Positions 1 to 9,400 of a stretch of 33,718 nt of DNA are shown here, piece after piece. Within the stretch, counting starts at the first letter, position 1; the number at the start of each line of letters is the position of its first letter. Position numbers and translations under genes: made by a program. Origin of the DNA: Bacteroidota bacterium (GTDB taxonomy: Bacteria > Bacteroidota > Bacteroidia > 2-12-FULL-35-15); contig JAPLDC010000098.1 of the NCBI GenBank assembly GCA_026391935.1, positions 1-33,718 on the forward strand, given 5' to 3'. The notes below the pieces were generated by a model, which was not told the DNA's origin, did no database searches, and worked only from the letters and a program-made list of their open reading frames with translations.

Positions 1-20
1 TTTAAAATAATATAAAAACA

Positions 21-61
21 AAAACGATATCAAAACTAATTTCAGGTTTTGATATCGTTTT
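21..61 (-). terminator. Rho-independent (bidirectional-type) hairpin terminator
   Basis: Perfect 16-bp inverted repeat AAAACGATATCAAAAC (21-36) / GTTTTGATATCGTTTT (46-61) with a 9-nt loop. On the minus strand it is followed by a T-rich tail (TGTTTTTATATTATTTT). An A-run on the other side would allow plus-strand function as well. Confidence 0.7.
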
Positions 62-245
62 GTTAAAACACCTATTGGAGTAGCAACAGGTCTCAAAATA
101 TTTTTAAAAAATTGGAAACACCGGCAACAAAAATCATGCATGTAGTGGTGGTAGAGCTAAAAACAGGATTAATATTTTTGAATTTTTTTTCCTGACGTTG
201 GATCAAGCTAAACAAATTCTTCCCGATGCCCCAATTTTTTTGTAC

Positions 246-1208
246 TTATCTAGTTAAATTAATTTTTCCTTTTTGTTCGTATTTTTTTCCGTCTTTCCCA
301 TCTGCATTAATCATATACAAATAAATTCCCTCTTTTGCCTTTTCTCCTTTTTGGGTTTTACCGTCCCAATTAAACCCTGTTCCCTTATACTCATATACTT
401 TTTGAGCGTCTTTATCATATATGCTTACTTGCATTTTTGCAATATTTTCACTCTTAAAAATAAATATGTCATTCTGTCCGTCTCCATTTGGGGAAAACTC
501 CTTCGGAATAGATTCAATATATGAATTTGCCAAAGCTTCAACCTTAATGCTATCTGTCGCTGTTTTCCCATCTGCACCAGTAGATGTAAGAGTTATAGTA
601 TAAATCCCTGGTTCATCAAAATATTTTATTGGATTTGCGCCAGTCATTGGCTTAGTGCCATCATTGAACGTCCATTTGTTTATTTTGCCATTCCCAATGT
701 TAGAAAGATTGATTATCAAGGGAACTGCGCCGCCAACACAACTGGAAGAAATTGAGGCAACCCTTTCATCTGACAACAATGCTTCGATGGCTTTTTTATC
801 TTTTTTAATTGTTCCTGCAACTTTTGTATCAACAGACTCAGACTCTGTCACCTTTTTAACAACAGGTGTTTCTTTTGCAGAATTTGATAAGAATTTTTTT
901 ATTTCATCTACACTCGATTTTGGTGTTTCTAAAACTACAACTGGCTCTGCCTTTGTTTTTGGTGCTTTAGTATCACTTTTATTATCCGTTCCATTCATAA
1001 CAAAAACTGTTGCAAGCACTGCTGCTGCAGAAGACACAACTGCAATAATAGCATTTGAACCTATTTTGTTAAGTAGCATTTTTGCAATGACGCCCAATCC
1101 AACACCCTTCAATCCTGTTTGGATATTTTTCCAAACGCTCGGACTTACTTCTGCCTCAAAGTTTTCGAAAGAATCTTTGAAAAAATCTTCTATATTATTT
1201 TTCTTCAT
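246..1208 (-). CDS. Single-pass membrane protein with PKD-like domain and T9SS type-B (gliding-motility-associated) C-terminal domain; candidate anti-sigma factor
   Basis: 320-aa ORF starting 5 nt after the sigma gene stop on the same strand. It has a soluble ~45-aa N-terminus (MKKNNIEDFFKDSFENFEAEVSPSVWKNI, a motif I recognise from ECF-adjacent Bacteroidota proteins) and one hydrophobic helix (AIIAVVSSAAAVLATVFV). A K/T/P-rich linker and a PKD-like segment (WTFNDG...GIYTITLTS) follow. The C-terminus FSPNGDGQNDIFIF...NWDGK...GIYLYMI...INLTR matches the type-B CTD. Confidence 0.85.
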   Translation of the reverse strand: MKKNNIEDFFKDSFENFEAEVSPSVWKNIQTGLKGVGLGVIAKMLLNKIGSNAIIAVVSSAAAVLATVFVMNGTDNKSDTKAPKTKAEPVVVLETPKSSVDEIKKFLSNSAKETPVVKKVTESESVDTKVAGTIKKDKKAIEALLSDERVASISSSCVGGAVPLIINLSNIGNGKINKWTFNDGTKPMTGANPIKYFDEPGIYTITLTSTGADGKTATDSIKVEALANSYIESIPKEFSPNGDGQNDIFIFKSENIAKMQVSIYDKDAQKVYEYKGTGFNWDGKTQKGEKAKEGIYLYMINADGKDGKKYEQKGKINLTR

Positions 1209-1213
1209 TATAA

Positions 1214-1741
1214 TTACCTGTCTATTGGTATAATTTTCTGTAAATATGCTTTTGCCCTTGAATACTGAGATTTGGAGGTGCCTTCCGAAATGTTAAGCAT
1301 TTCTCCGATCTCCTTATGTGAATAACCTTCAATGGCATAAAGGTTAAAAACTGTTTTAAATCCAAGAGGCAACGTTTGTATAATCTTTAATAAATCTTTC
1401 GCTGCAAAATTGTCGTTAATATATGTATTAGACGGAAGCATAAATTCAACGCTATCCAGCTCAATGTTTTGTTTTAGTTTTTTATTCTTACGAATATTGG
1501 TAAGTGCGGTATTAACCATTATTTTTCTTACCCAACCTTCCAAAGAACCTGTTCCCTTAAACGACCCAATGTTTTCGAAAATACTTATAAAAGCATTTTG
1601 TACTACATCTTCCGCTTCCTCTGTGCTATCGCAATACCGTAAGCACACGCCCATCATTTTACGAGCAAATTTTTCGTATAAATTCTTCTGAGCAATTGCA
1701 TTCTTTTCGATGCACCCTTTTACTATTTGCTCATCAGTCAT
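1214..1741 (-). CDS. ECF-type sigma-70 family RNA polymerase sigma factor
   Basis: 175-aa ORF with sigma-70 region 2 (EDVVQNAFISIFENIGSFKG...GWVRKIMVNTALTNIRK) and a region 4 HTH (FNLYAIEGYSHKEIGEMLNISEGTSKSQYSRAKAYLQK). Confidence 0.95.
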   Translation of the reverse strand: MTDEQIVKGCIEKNAIAQKNLYEKFARKMMGVCLRYCDSTEEAEDVVQNAFISIFENIGSFKGTGSLEGWVRKIMVNTALTNIRKNKKLKQNIELDSVEFMLPSNTYINDNFAAKDLLKIIQTLPLGFKTVFNLYAIEGYSHKEIGEMLNISEGTSKSQYSRAKAYLQKIIPIDR

Positions 1742-1857
1742 ATTTGATTTCTAGTGTGTAGATGCAAAGTTGCATTATTTGGTTGCACGAAGAAAAAAAT
1801 TTTTAGATTTTATCAACAAATCATTATATATCCATAAATCAATAGCACTTTTGGGGT

Positions 1858-3408
1858 ATGGCAAAGAAGTTTAAAAGCAAACCAGAAGGAAAGAAAAAAA
1901 GTTTTTTTTTCGAAGAGATACTAAAAGTATTGTCTTCAAACAGAAATAAATCACTCAATTACAAGCAGATAGCTGCCGAACTCCATATTACCGATTTTGC
2001 TCAACGTCAAATTATCAATGTTGTTTTAGAGGAATTAAAAAACAAGGGCCTGGTTCAAGAGCCTGAACGAGGGAAATTTAAGATAAAAAGTGTTGAGATG
2101 TTCATTACAGGCAAAGTGGATATGACATCCACAGGCAGCGCTTATATTATTTCGGAAGAAACGGAAGAAGATGTTGTTGTTGCACCAAAAAAGACACTCA
2201 ATGCAATGCATGGCGATATCGTAAAGGTGCGGATATTCCCAAAAGGCAAAGGCAAACAGGAAGGTGAAATAGTTGAAGTTCTTGAAAGGGCTAAAATAAA
2301 ATTTGTTGGAACAATTCAAATCTCTCCTCGTTTTGCTTTTCTTGTGCCTAGCAATAACAAGGTCCATGTCGATATTTACATTCCGATTGATAAGTTAAAC
2401 GGTGCTAAAAACGGACAAAAAGCCATTGCAAAAATTACTGAATGGCCGAAAAATGGCGTTAATCCTATTGGAGAAATTATTGAAGTACTTGGTGACGTAG
2501 GAGAAAACAATACAGAAATGCACGCCATTCTTGCTGAATTTGGCTTGCCGTACGAGTTTCCAAAGGATGTGGAACGAGCGGCAGATCTTATTCCTATTAA
2601 GATCACGGCAGATGAGATTTCTAAACGTCGGGATTTCCGCGATATAACTACGTTTACCATCGACCCTGTTGATGCAAAAGATTTTGATGATGCGCTATCG
2701 ATACAAAAATTAGATAACGGTAACTGGGAAATAGGCGTTCACATTGCTGATGTGAGCCATTATGTGAAACCTTCTTCCATGATCGACCAGGAAGCAATTT
2801 CCCGTGCCACCTCCGTTTACCTTGTTGACAGGGTAGTTCCAATGCTTCCGGAAGTTTTATCAAACAACGTTTGTTCTCTTCGCCCACACGAAGAAAAATT
2901 ATGTTTCTCGGCCGTTTTTGAAATGACCGAAGATGCAGAAGTTGTTGCGGAGTGGTTTGGCAGGACCATCATTAATTCTGACAGACGCTTCACATATGAA
3001 GAAGCCCAGCTGGTTATCGAAACAGAAGAAGGTGATTTCTGCGATGAAATCTTAACCCTGGATAAATTATCTAAAACGTTAAGAGCAAATCGATTTAAAA
3101 AAGGGAGTATCGCGTTTGAAAAACTGGAAGTTAAATTTCATCTTGATGAAAATGGAAATCCTACCGGTGTGTTTTTTAAGACTGCAAAAGATTCCAATCA
3201 ACTGATCGAAGATTTTATGCTTCTTGCAAATAGAAAAGTAGCGGAATTTGTAGGAAAAAAGAAACAAGATACAAAAGCGAAGAGTCAAGAGCCTAAAGAA
3301 AACAGCAAAGAGTCGCAACGGCCTTTTGTATATAGGGTTCACGACAAACCAAATCCGGATAAACTTGCAAATTTTTCGGAATTTGTATACGAAGATATCC
3401 TGATGTGA
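1858..3408 (+). pseudogene. rnr: Ribonuclease R, N-terminal fragment (HTH/cold-shock region plus most of the RNB domain), truncated by an internal out-of-frame deletion
   Basis: 516-aa ORF with RNB motifs TFTIDPVDAKDFDDALS, HIADVSHYV, SVYLVDRVVPMLPE, CSLRPHEE, FMLLANRKVAEF and YRVHDKP. Frame 1 stops at TGA 3406-3408 right after ...NFSEFVY, where family members continue for roughly 65-80 more residues before RRYPD. Confidence 0.85.
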
Positions 3409-4073
3409 TGGTACATCGATTGCTACAACATTATTTGGATGGCGGCAAAAACCCCGATATCGATAAATTGGAAGAGCAATGTAAACACTCTTCGGAAATG
3501 GAAAAACTTGCAGCTGATGCCGAGCGCGCATCCATTAAATATAAACAGGTTCAATACTTAACAGATAAAATAGGTCAGGAATTTGATGGTGTCATTTCTG
3601 GTGTAACAGAGTGGGGAATTTTTGTGGAGATCATCGAAAATCATTGCGAAGGAATGGTTCGTTTGCGTGAATTAAGAGACGATAATTATTATTTTGATGA
3701 AGATAATTATTGTTTGCGTGGCAGAAAATTCGGAAAAGTATTAACGCTTGGCGATACTGTTAGAATAGAAATAAAGCGTGCCGACCTTGTTAAGAAACAG
3801 CTGGATTTTGCATTGGTGGAGGTGTTTGAAGAAACAAACAAGAATCAAGAATCAAATCACAAGAATCAAGACAAGGGACAAAAAAGCAAACTTTCAAAAC
3901 GCGAACAACACAAAGCGAAAAATAAAAATTTTAAAGAGGAAATGAAATCCGCAACGGAACGAAACAAACAGAACAAAACCGTTTCTGATGCTGATGACAA
4001 ACCTACAGAGCCTAAGCCACAAAAACCTTCTACCGGAAATCCGTTTATTGACGAATGGGGTTTTGAGGTCTGA
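3405..4073 (+). pseudogene. rnr: Ribonuclease R, C-terminal fragment (end of RNB motif IV, S1 domain, basic tail)
   Basis: 222-aa ORF in a different frame. RNase R homology already resumes at nt 3390 (RRYPDVMVHRLLQHYL). It continues with an S1 domain (FDGVISGVTEWGIFVEI...GMVRLRELRDD...GDTVRIEIKRADLVKKQLDFALV) and a Lys/Asn/Gln-rich basic tail. Confidence 0.85.
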
Positions 4074-4109
4074 CGTATCTTTAGCGCTCGTTTTTCGTTA
4101 TACTTTCAA

Positions 4110-5657
4110 ATGCTCTTATTACAAAAGAAATATTTCTTTTTTATTTTTCTCTGTTTATCCTGCTTCTTTGGAGTTGCACAGTGCGCGGTTACCTTTCAGA
4201 AAAACGACAAAGAGGGTCTCAAAACGGTATCGGGAAAAATCATTCTTCCTGCAATATATGATTACATTGACATCACAAACAAGAAGGACCGCATTGTCTT
4301 GTGCAAAGACAAGAAGTCTGCTCTTGCAAATGGAAAAGGCGAACTGATAACCAACTTTATTTATGATTGGGTAGACAGTTATTATTCGTGGGGGCCCATG
4401 ACCGTTAAGAAAGGTGTTGGTTACGGGCTCATCGACTCTCTGGGCAACGAAGTTGTTCCTACTATTTATCAGCAAGCATATCGATTGTCTTCAAGCCCTT
4501 TTTGTGTAGTGCAACTTTCAGGTCGCTGGGGTATTATGGATCTGAAAGGAAAAATGATAGTTCCAATAGGGTACGATGATCTTGAGTCTTGGAATTATTC
4601 TGAAGGACTCATTCCAGCAAAAAGGGGAAGCCGCTGGGGTTTCATTGACACCTTAAACAATATTAAAATCCCATTCATCTATGATGGTGTAGAAGGTTTT
4701 TCTGAAGGGTTGGCTACAGTAGCTTTAACCTATGGGAGATGGGGATATATTGACAAACAAAACAACGTTATTATCCCTTTCGGTTATGATCACTATGGTA
4801 GCTGTGATGGCGGTGGAACAAATTTTAAAAATGGCCGAGCCAAAGTTAGTGTCCACGGAAGACCAAATCTTGAAGGGTATATCAATGTGAAAAATGAGTT
4901 TGTAATACCGCTGAAATATAACTGTATCGGCGATTTTGAAAATGGCTTTGCCCGAGTTCAATATGGCAAAAAATTTGGTTATGTCGATACACTCGGCAAT
5001 GAATGGCTTTTAAACCCTTACAATACATCGGCGCCAGAATGGGGGAATATTAAACCTCCACCAAAAGATATTCCATATAATCCGAATACCCTGTCAAAAG
5101 AGCTTCCTAACAAAAGAGTTGGCTTGTGGACAATGGAAGAGCTTCTTGAACAGGCTTTAACTAGCTTCCGAGAAGAGCCCAAGCAATATCCACAAATGTC
5201 AAATCTTAAACAACTTTGTATTTCATATGGCATATTTCTGAATGGTAATTATGTATATAAATTCTTCAGCAAAAGGAGTCAGTGGCAAGCCTTCCTAAAT
5301 GAAACCGTTTTTAAGATCATTTCTGATGAAAAATTAAGAATATCATTCTATAACTGGGCCATGCCTTATTACAAAAAGTGCTTTGAAACTCTGCACCCTT
5401 TTCATAAAAAGGCATACAAAGAGATCGCGATATACCTGAAAGATTATATGAATTCGTACAATCTAGAAAAGACCATAAAATTTATGGAAGAAGATGAACG
5501 AGCCTTCGCAAGGAAAAATTATAAGGGCGAAATAGACCCTTGTAGAAAAATGAGTGCCTTTGTTGATCGACTGATAATCATTCACAAAGTGATCTCGGTA
5601 ATTGACGCGAAGAAATGGGTAAACATTATTGCTGATGAAGTTGCAACATGGGAATAA
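4110..5657 (+). CDS. Secreted WG-repeat (KWG-type) protein with an uncharacterised helical C-terminal domain
   Basis: 515-aa ORF with a signal peptide (FFFIFLCLSCFFGVAQC). It carries repeated WG modules: GYGLIDSLGNEVVPTIYQ, RWGIMDLKGKMIVPIGYD, RWGFIDTLNNIKIPFIYD, RWGYIDKQNNVIIPFGYD, EGYINVKNEFVIPLKYN and KFGYVDTLGNEWL. I recognise no motif in the last ~190 aa. Confidence 0.85.
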   Translation: MLLLQKKYFFFIFLCLSCFFGVAQCAVTFQKNDKEGLKTVSGKIILPAIYDYIDITNKKDRIVLCKDKKSALANGKGELITNFIYDWVDSYYSWGPMTVKKGVGYGLIDSLGNEVVPTIYQQAYRLSSSPFCVVQLSGRWGIMDLKGKMIVPIGYDDLESWNYSEGLIPAKRGSRWGFIDTLNNIKIPFIYDGVEGFSEGLATVALTYGRWGYIDKQNNVIIPFGYDHYGSCDGGGTNFKNGRAKVSVHGRPNLEGYINVKNEFVIPLKYNCIGDFENGFARVQYGKKFGYVDTLGNEWLLNPYNTSAPEWGNIKPPPKDIPYNPNTLSKELPNKRVGLWTMEELLEQALTSFREEPKQYPQMSNLKQLCISYGIFLNGNYVYKFFSKRSQWQAFLNETVFKIISDEKLRISFYNWAMPYYKKCFETLHPFHKKAYKEIAIYLKDYMNSYNLEKTIKFMEEDERAFARKNYKGEIDPCRKMSAFVDRLIIIHKVISVIDAKKWVNIIADEVATWE

Positions 5658-5659
5658 AA

Positions 5660-5690
5660 AAGCCACCTCATCGGTGGCTTCTTTTTATTT
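5660..5690. terminator. Bidirectional rho-independent terminator between convergent genes
   Basis: AAGCCACC (5660-5667) pairs with GGTGGCTT (5673-5680) across a 5-nt loop. It is flanked by AAAAA upstream and CTTTTTATTT downstream. It sits between the stop of the plus-strand WG gene (5657) and the stop of the minus-strand response regulator (5699). Confidence 0.8.
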
Positions 5691-5698
5691 GAATCTGA

Positions 5699-6451
5699 TT
5701 AGATCATATTCAATCTTTTTGCAAGGTCATCTTTATAAGAACCTCCTATCGGAATTAATTTTTTGTCTTCTTCCAAAATCAAATTCGGTTGTTCGATAGC
5801 AACAATCTTATCGATACGCACAATGAAAGAACGATGAACACGGATAAAATCACTTGCAGGTAATTTTTTCTCTATATCCTTCATTGTAGAGTGGATCGTG
5901 TATCTAGCATTGTTAGTATTGATTACAACATAATCTTTCAGCGCTTCAACAAAATAAATATCGCTGGTATTAACTTTAACCAAGCGGGAATTTGATTTGA
6001 CAAAAATAATCTCTTTAGATTCTTTATTTTCAACGATAGAATATAAAAAATCTCTCTCTTTTTTTACGTCTGTTTCTTTCTCATGCTTATAAATCGCCAT
6101 TTCAATCGATGTGTGTAAATCAATTTCTTTGAAAGGCTTAATGATATAACCATAAGGTTCAGAAACTTTTGCTTTACTTAATGTGCTTTCATCCGCATAA
6201 GCTGTCAGATAAATTATCGGAATATTAAATTTTTCTCGAATATGTCCAGCCGCTTCAATCCCGCTCATTTCGCCCTTTAGCATTATATCCATCAGAACGA
6301 GATCCGGTTTTAACTCTTCTGCAAACTTGATAGCATCTTCTCCTGTTGAACACATTCCAACTACAGAATATCCAAGCTTTTTCAGGCTATGTTGAATATC
6401 TTTGGCAACAATACTTTCGTCTTCAACTATTAGAATGTTTGTTTTTGACAT
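5699..6451 (-). CDS. LytTR-family two-component response regulator
   Basis: 250-aa ORF with a receiver domain (ILIVEDE...DLVLMDIML...IIKPF) and a LytTR DNA-binding domain (IYFVEALKDYVVINT...FIRVHRSFIVRIDKI). Its start codon lies 1 nt after the kinase stop. Confidence 0.95.
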   Translation of the reverse strand: MSKTNILIVEDESIVAKDIQHSLKKLGYSVVGMCSTGEDAIKFAEELKPDLVLMDIMLKGEMSGIEAAGHIREKFNIPIIYLTAYADESTLSKAKVSEPYGYIIKPFKEIDLHTSIEMAIYKHEKETDVKKERDFLYSIVENKESKEIIFVKSNSRLVKVNTSDIYFVEALKDYVVINTNNARYTIHSTMKDIEKKLPASDFIRVHRSFIVRIDKIVAIEQPNLILEEDKKLIPIGGSYKDDLAKRLNMI

Positions 6452-6452
6452 T

Positions 6453-9400
6453 TTATATTCGATTTTTTATTTGATTTTGTTTAAACTTAATACAATAGTT
6501 TGTTCCTTTTTCGACATTCAATTCAATTGTTCCACTCAACTGATCTGTCAAAGTTACAACTAATTGTAATCCCAATGATTCCGTATTTCTGAAATCAAGG
6601 TCTGCAGGCAGCCCTTTTCCGTTATCTCCGATATTTAATACAAGGTCATCATCAATAACTTGCATCTTAATGGTTATTTCTCCATCCCGACTATTTTCGA
6701 CAAAAGCGTACTTTAATGCGTTAGAAACTATTTCATTAATGATTAACCCGCATGGAATTGCCAGGTCTAAATTAAGAAAAACATTTTGAATGTCAAGATT
6801 TAATTTAATTTCATTATCAAAATTCGAATACGAGTGAAGCAAATTTTGTGAAAGATTTACTACATATTCAGTGAAATTAATGCTTGAAAAGTCTTTCGTT
6901 TGGTATAAACTTTCGTGAATAAAGGCCATTGACTTAATCCTGTTCTGGCTCTCTTTTAAAATATCAAGCGTTCCTTCATCTTTCACGTAGGACGATTGAA
7001 GGTTCAATATACTTGAGATCACTTGTAAATTATTTTTTACCCTGTGATGCACCTCTTTTAAAAGTATTTCTTTTTCTTGCAAAGATTGGCGGATACGCTC
7101 TTCCGAGATCTTTTTCTCTGTTACATCGTGCCCTATACCAGAAACCTCGATAACAAAGCCCGATTCATCAGAAATAGGGTTTAAATAAATTTCGCTCCAG
7201 CTTTCGTGTCCATCCTTTTCAACAAACTGCGTTTCAAAATATTGTGGCTCGCCCGCAAATGCTCGTTCATATTTTTTAATCCAAAAATTATTATGTTCCT
7301 GCGATGAAACAGAGTCTCCCGAGATCATTGATAATCCAACATTCGCTCTAATTCCATATCTTTTTATAAGCTGCTTGTCATAATTCTGATTAAATGTTGT
7401 CAAGCAAATGTTTTTGTCAACCGTCCAAATAACGTGAGAGCTGCTCTCAATAATTGCATTAAATTTTGCCGATTGTGTTCGCAATGTTTCATCTGCCTTT
7501 TTTAATTGTGAGATATCTCTTGAAACACCCATAGCACCAATCAACTCTCCTTCATCATTTTTAAGAATAGAGGCAGATAAATAGGAAATGAATTTTTCGC
7601 CATTTTTTCTAACATTTGTTACCTCCCCGGCATATACCCCATTTTTAAAAAGCTCATCTTCTGTAATTTTTATCCGTTCTTTCGGATCCTCATACAACAT
7701 ACTCACATGTTTTCCTAACACTTCATTAACTGTGTATCCGAATGTAGCTTGAGCTGCTTGGTTAAATTCTGTGATCAGCCCTTTGCGATCGGAAGCGCAG
7801 ATCATGTCAATAGAACCATTGATAATTAAACGCGTATATTTTTGAGATTCCAACAACTTTAATTGTATTACTTTCCGGGCAGTAATTTCTTGCTCCAGCA
7901 ACACATTTGTTTCTTCTGCTATTTGTGCCCTTAACTGTTCTTTTGCTAATTGTTTTTCTATTCCGATCTTATGCATTGTTACCTGAATGGCTGCGGCCCC
8001 ATTGTAATTTACATGCTCTGCTTGCAATTCAAGCTCCACCAAATTCCCTTTTGCCGTTTTTACTGTCGTCTCTCTGAAAGCGCGAGACTCCGGAGGATAG
8101 TTGGCCCTCATACGTCCTTTTACCTCCTCCTGAAATTCGGGAAGAATGAAATCTAATACAGTTTTGTTTTTAAGGTCTTCGGAAGAGTTTATTTCTACTA
8201 TACCAAATGCACTTGGGTTTGCAAATATTATTTTGCCATCAGTCGGATTAAAAATAAAGATCCCATCCGGAGATTTGTCGACAAGGTTTTTATAGTTTTC
8301 TCCGCTTTGTTTCAGTTCCGATTCGTATTGTTTTTTTTCATCAATATCAAAAACAAAACCTTCCAAAAACAATAATTTTCCTTCTTCAGAAAAAACCCCT
8401 TCCCCTTTTTCCAACACCCACTTGGTTTCACCAGAGGACTTAATTATCCGATATTCAAATTCATAAGGCAACCGGTTCTTAAGCGCTTTTTGAATTTCTT
8501 CTTTTAGAAAAGGAGCGTCATCAGGATGGGTAATTTCTGCAAATGACATTGTTTTATTATCTACAACATCTTTAGGATCATATCCCGTAAGCTCTTTAAA
8601 CCCTTTGCTCACAAAACGCATAGTCCAATTTTTATCATTGTCGCAGCGGTATGCCATTCCGGGAAGGTTATTCATCAAGGAAGAAAGTGCGCGTTCACTT
8701 TCTTTTAACACCCTGTCTGTATTTTTCCGCTGAGAAATATTATTAAAGATGGTTTGTATCCCCTTTTTTCCATTGTGGAAAACTAATTTAGACTTGATCT
8801 CCAAGTCTAAAATTTCGCCAGCAGGTGTTTTAACCTCAATTTCAAAAAAGTGCAACATTTCACCATTTAAGACACGTTTTGCACGATCAGCTATTTCTTT
8901 GTGATATTTTGGAAGAATATAATTATTAATGTTCAGGTTGCTGACATTTTCAATCGTTCTCTCCTTTATTCCGAATATTTCAAAAGCCGCCTTGTTTGCA
9001 AAAACAACGATGTAGTCAACATAAATTATTACACCACTCGGAATTTCCTGTAAAAAGTGGATATGGCTTTCTTCGCTTTCTTTTGACTTCTCTTCACTTA
9101 ATTTTTGAGCAGTAACATCTCTTGAGATCCCTTCAATAGCTATCAGGCGTTTATTGTTATCAAACACAGGCTTACTTCGTGTTTCGGTCCAAATAACACT
9201 GCCGTCTTTTTTGATCCACCTTACAACAATTTCAGGCCCTTTAATATTACTTACTTTGGCTTTACTTTTTAATAGTTTTTCTGATTCACCAAGCAAAGGA
9301 ACATCATCGGGATGAATAATTTTGAATCCTAAAAAAGGGTCTTTATAAAAATCTTCCGCTGAATAGCCTGTAATGTCTTTTACAGAGGGGCTGACATATT

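Noticed and set aside
143-157. tRNA D-arm-like string TAGTGGTGGTAGAGC
   Set aside because: I could not build an acceptor stem, a 7-nt anticodon loop or a T-arm (GTTCGAATC-type) around it. It is not a tRNA or a convincing tRNA fragment.
655-1233. 192-aa plus-strand ORF (with smaller ones at 273-524 and 421-603) overlapping the anti-sigma-like gene
   Set aside because: It lies entirely antisense to a CDS with clear domain content. The translation is low-complexity (L/F/S/T-rich) with no recognisable motif. This is a typical shadow ORF.
3079-3531. 150-aa minus-strand ORF spanning the RNase R junction
   Set aside because: It is antisense to conserved RNB and S1-proximal coding sequence. The F/K/I/R-rich composition looks like junk and there is no motif. 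It does not explain the rnr disruption.
3988-4347. 119-aa plus-strand ORF bridging the rnr 3' end and the WG-repeat gene
   Set aside because: It is out of frame with both well-supported genes and overlaps the signal-peptide region of the WG gene. It has no motif.
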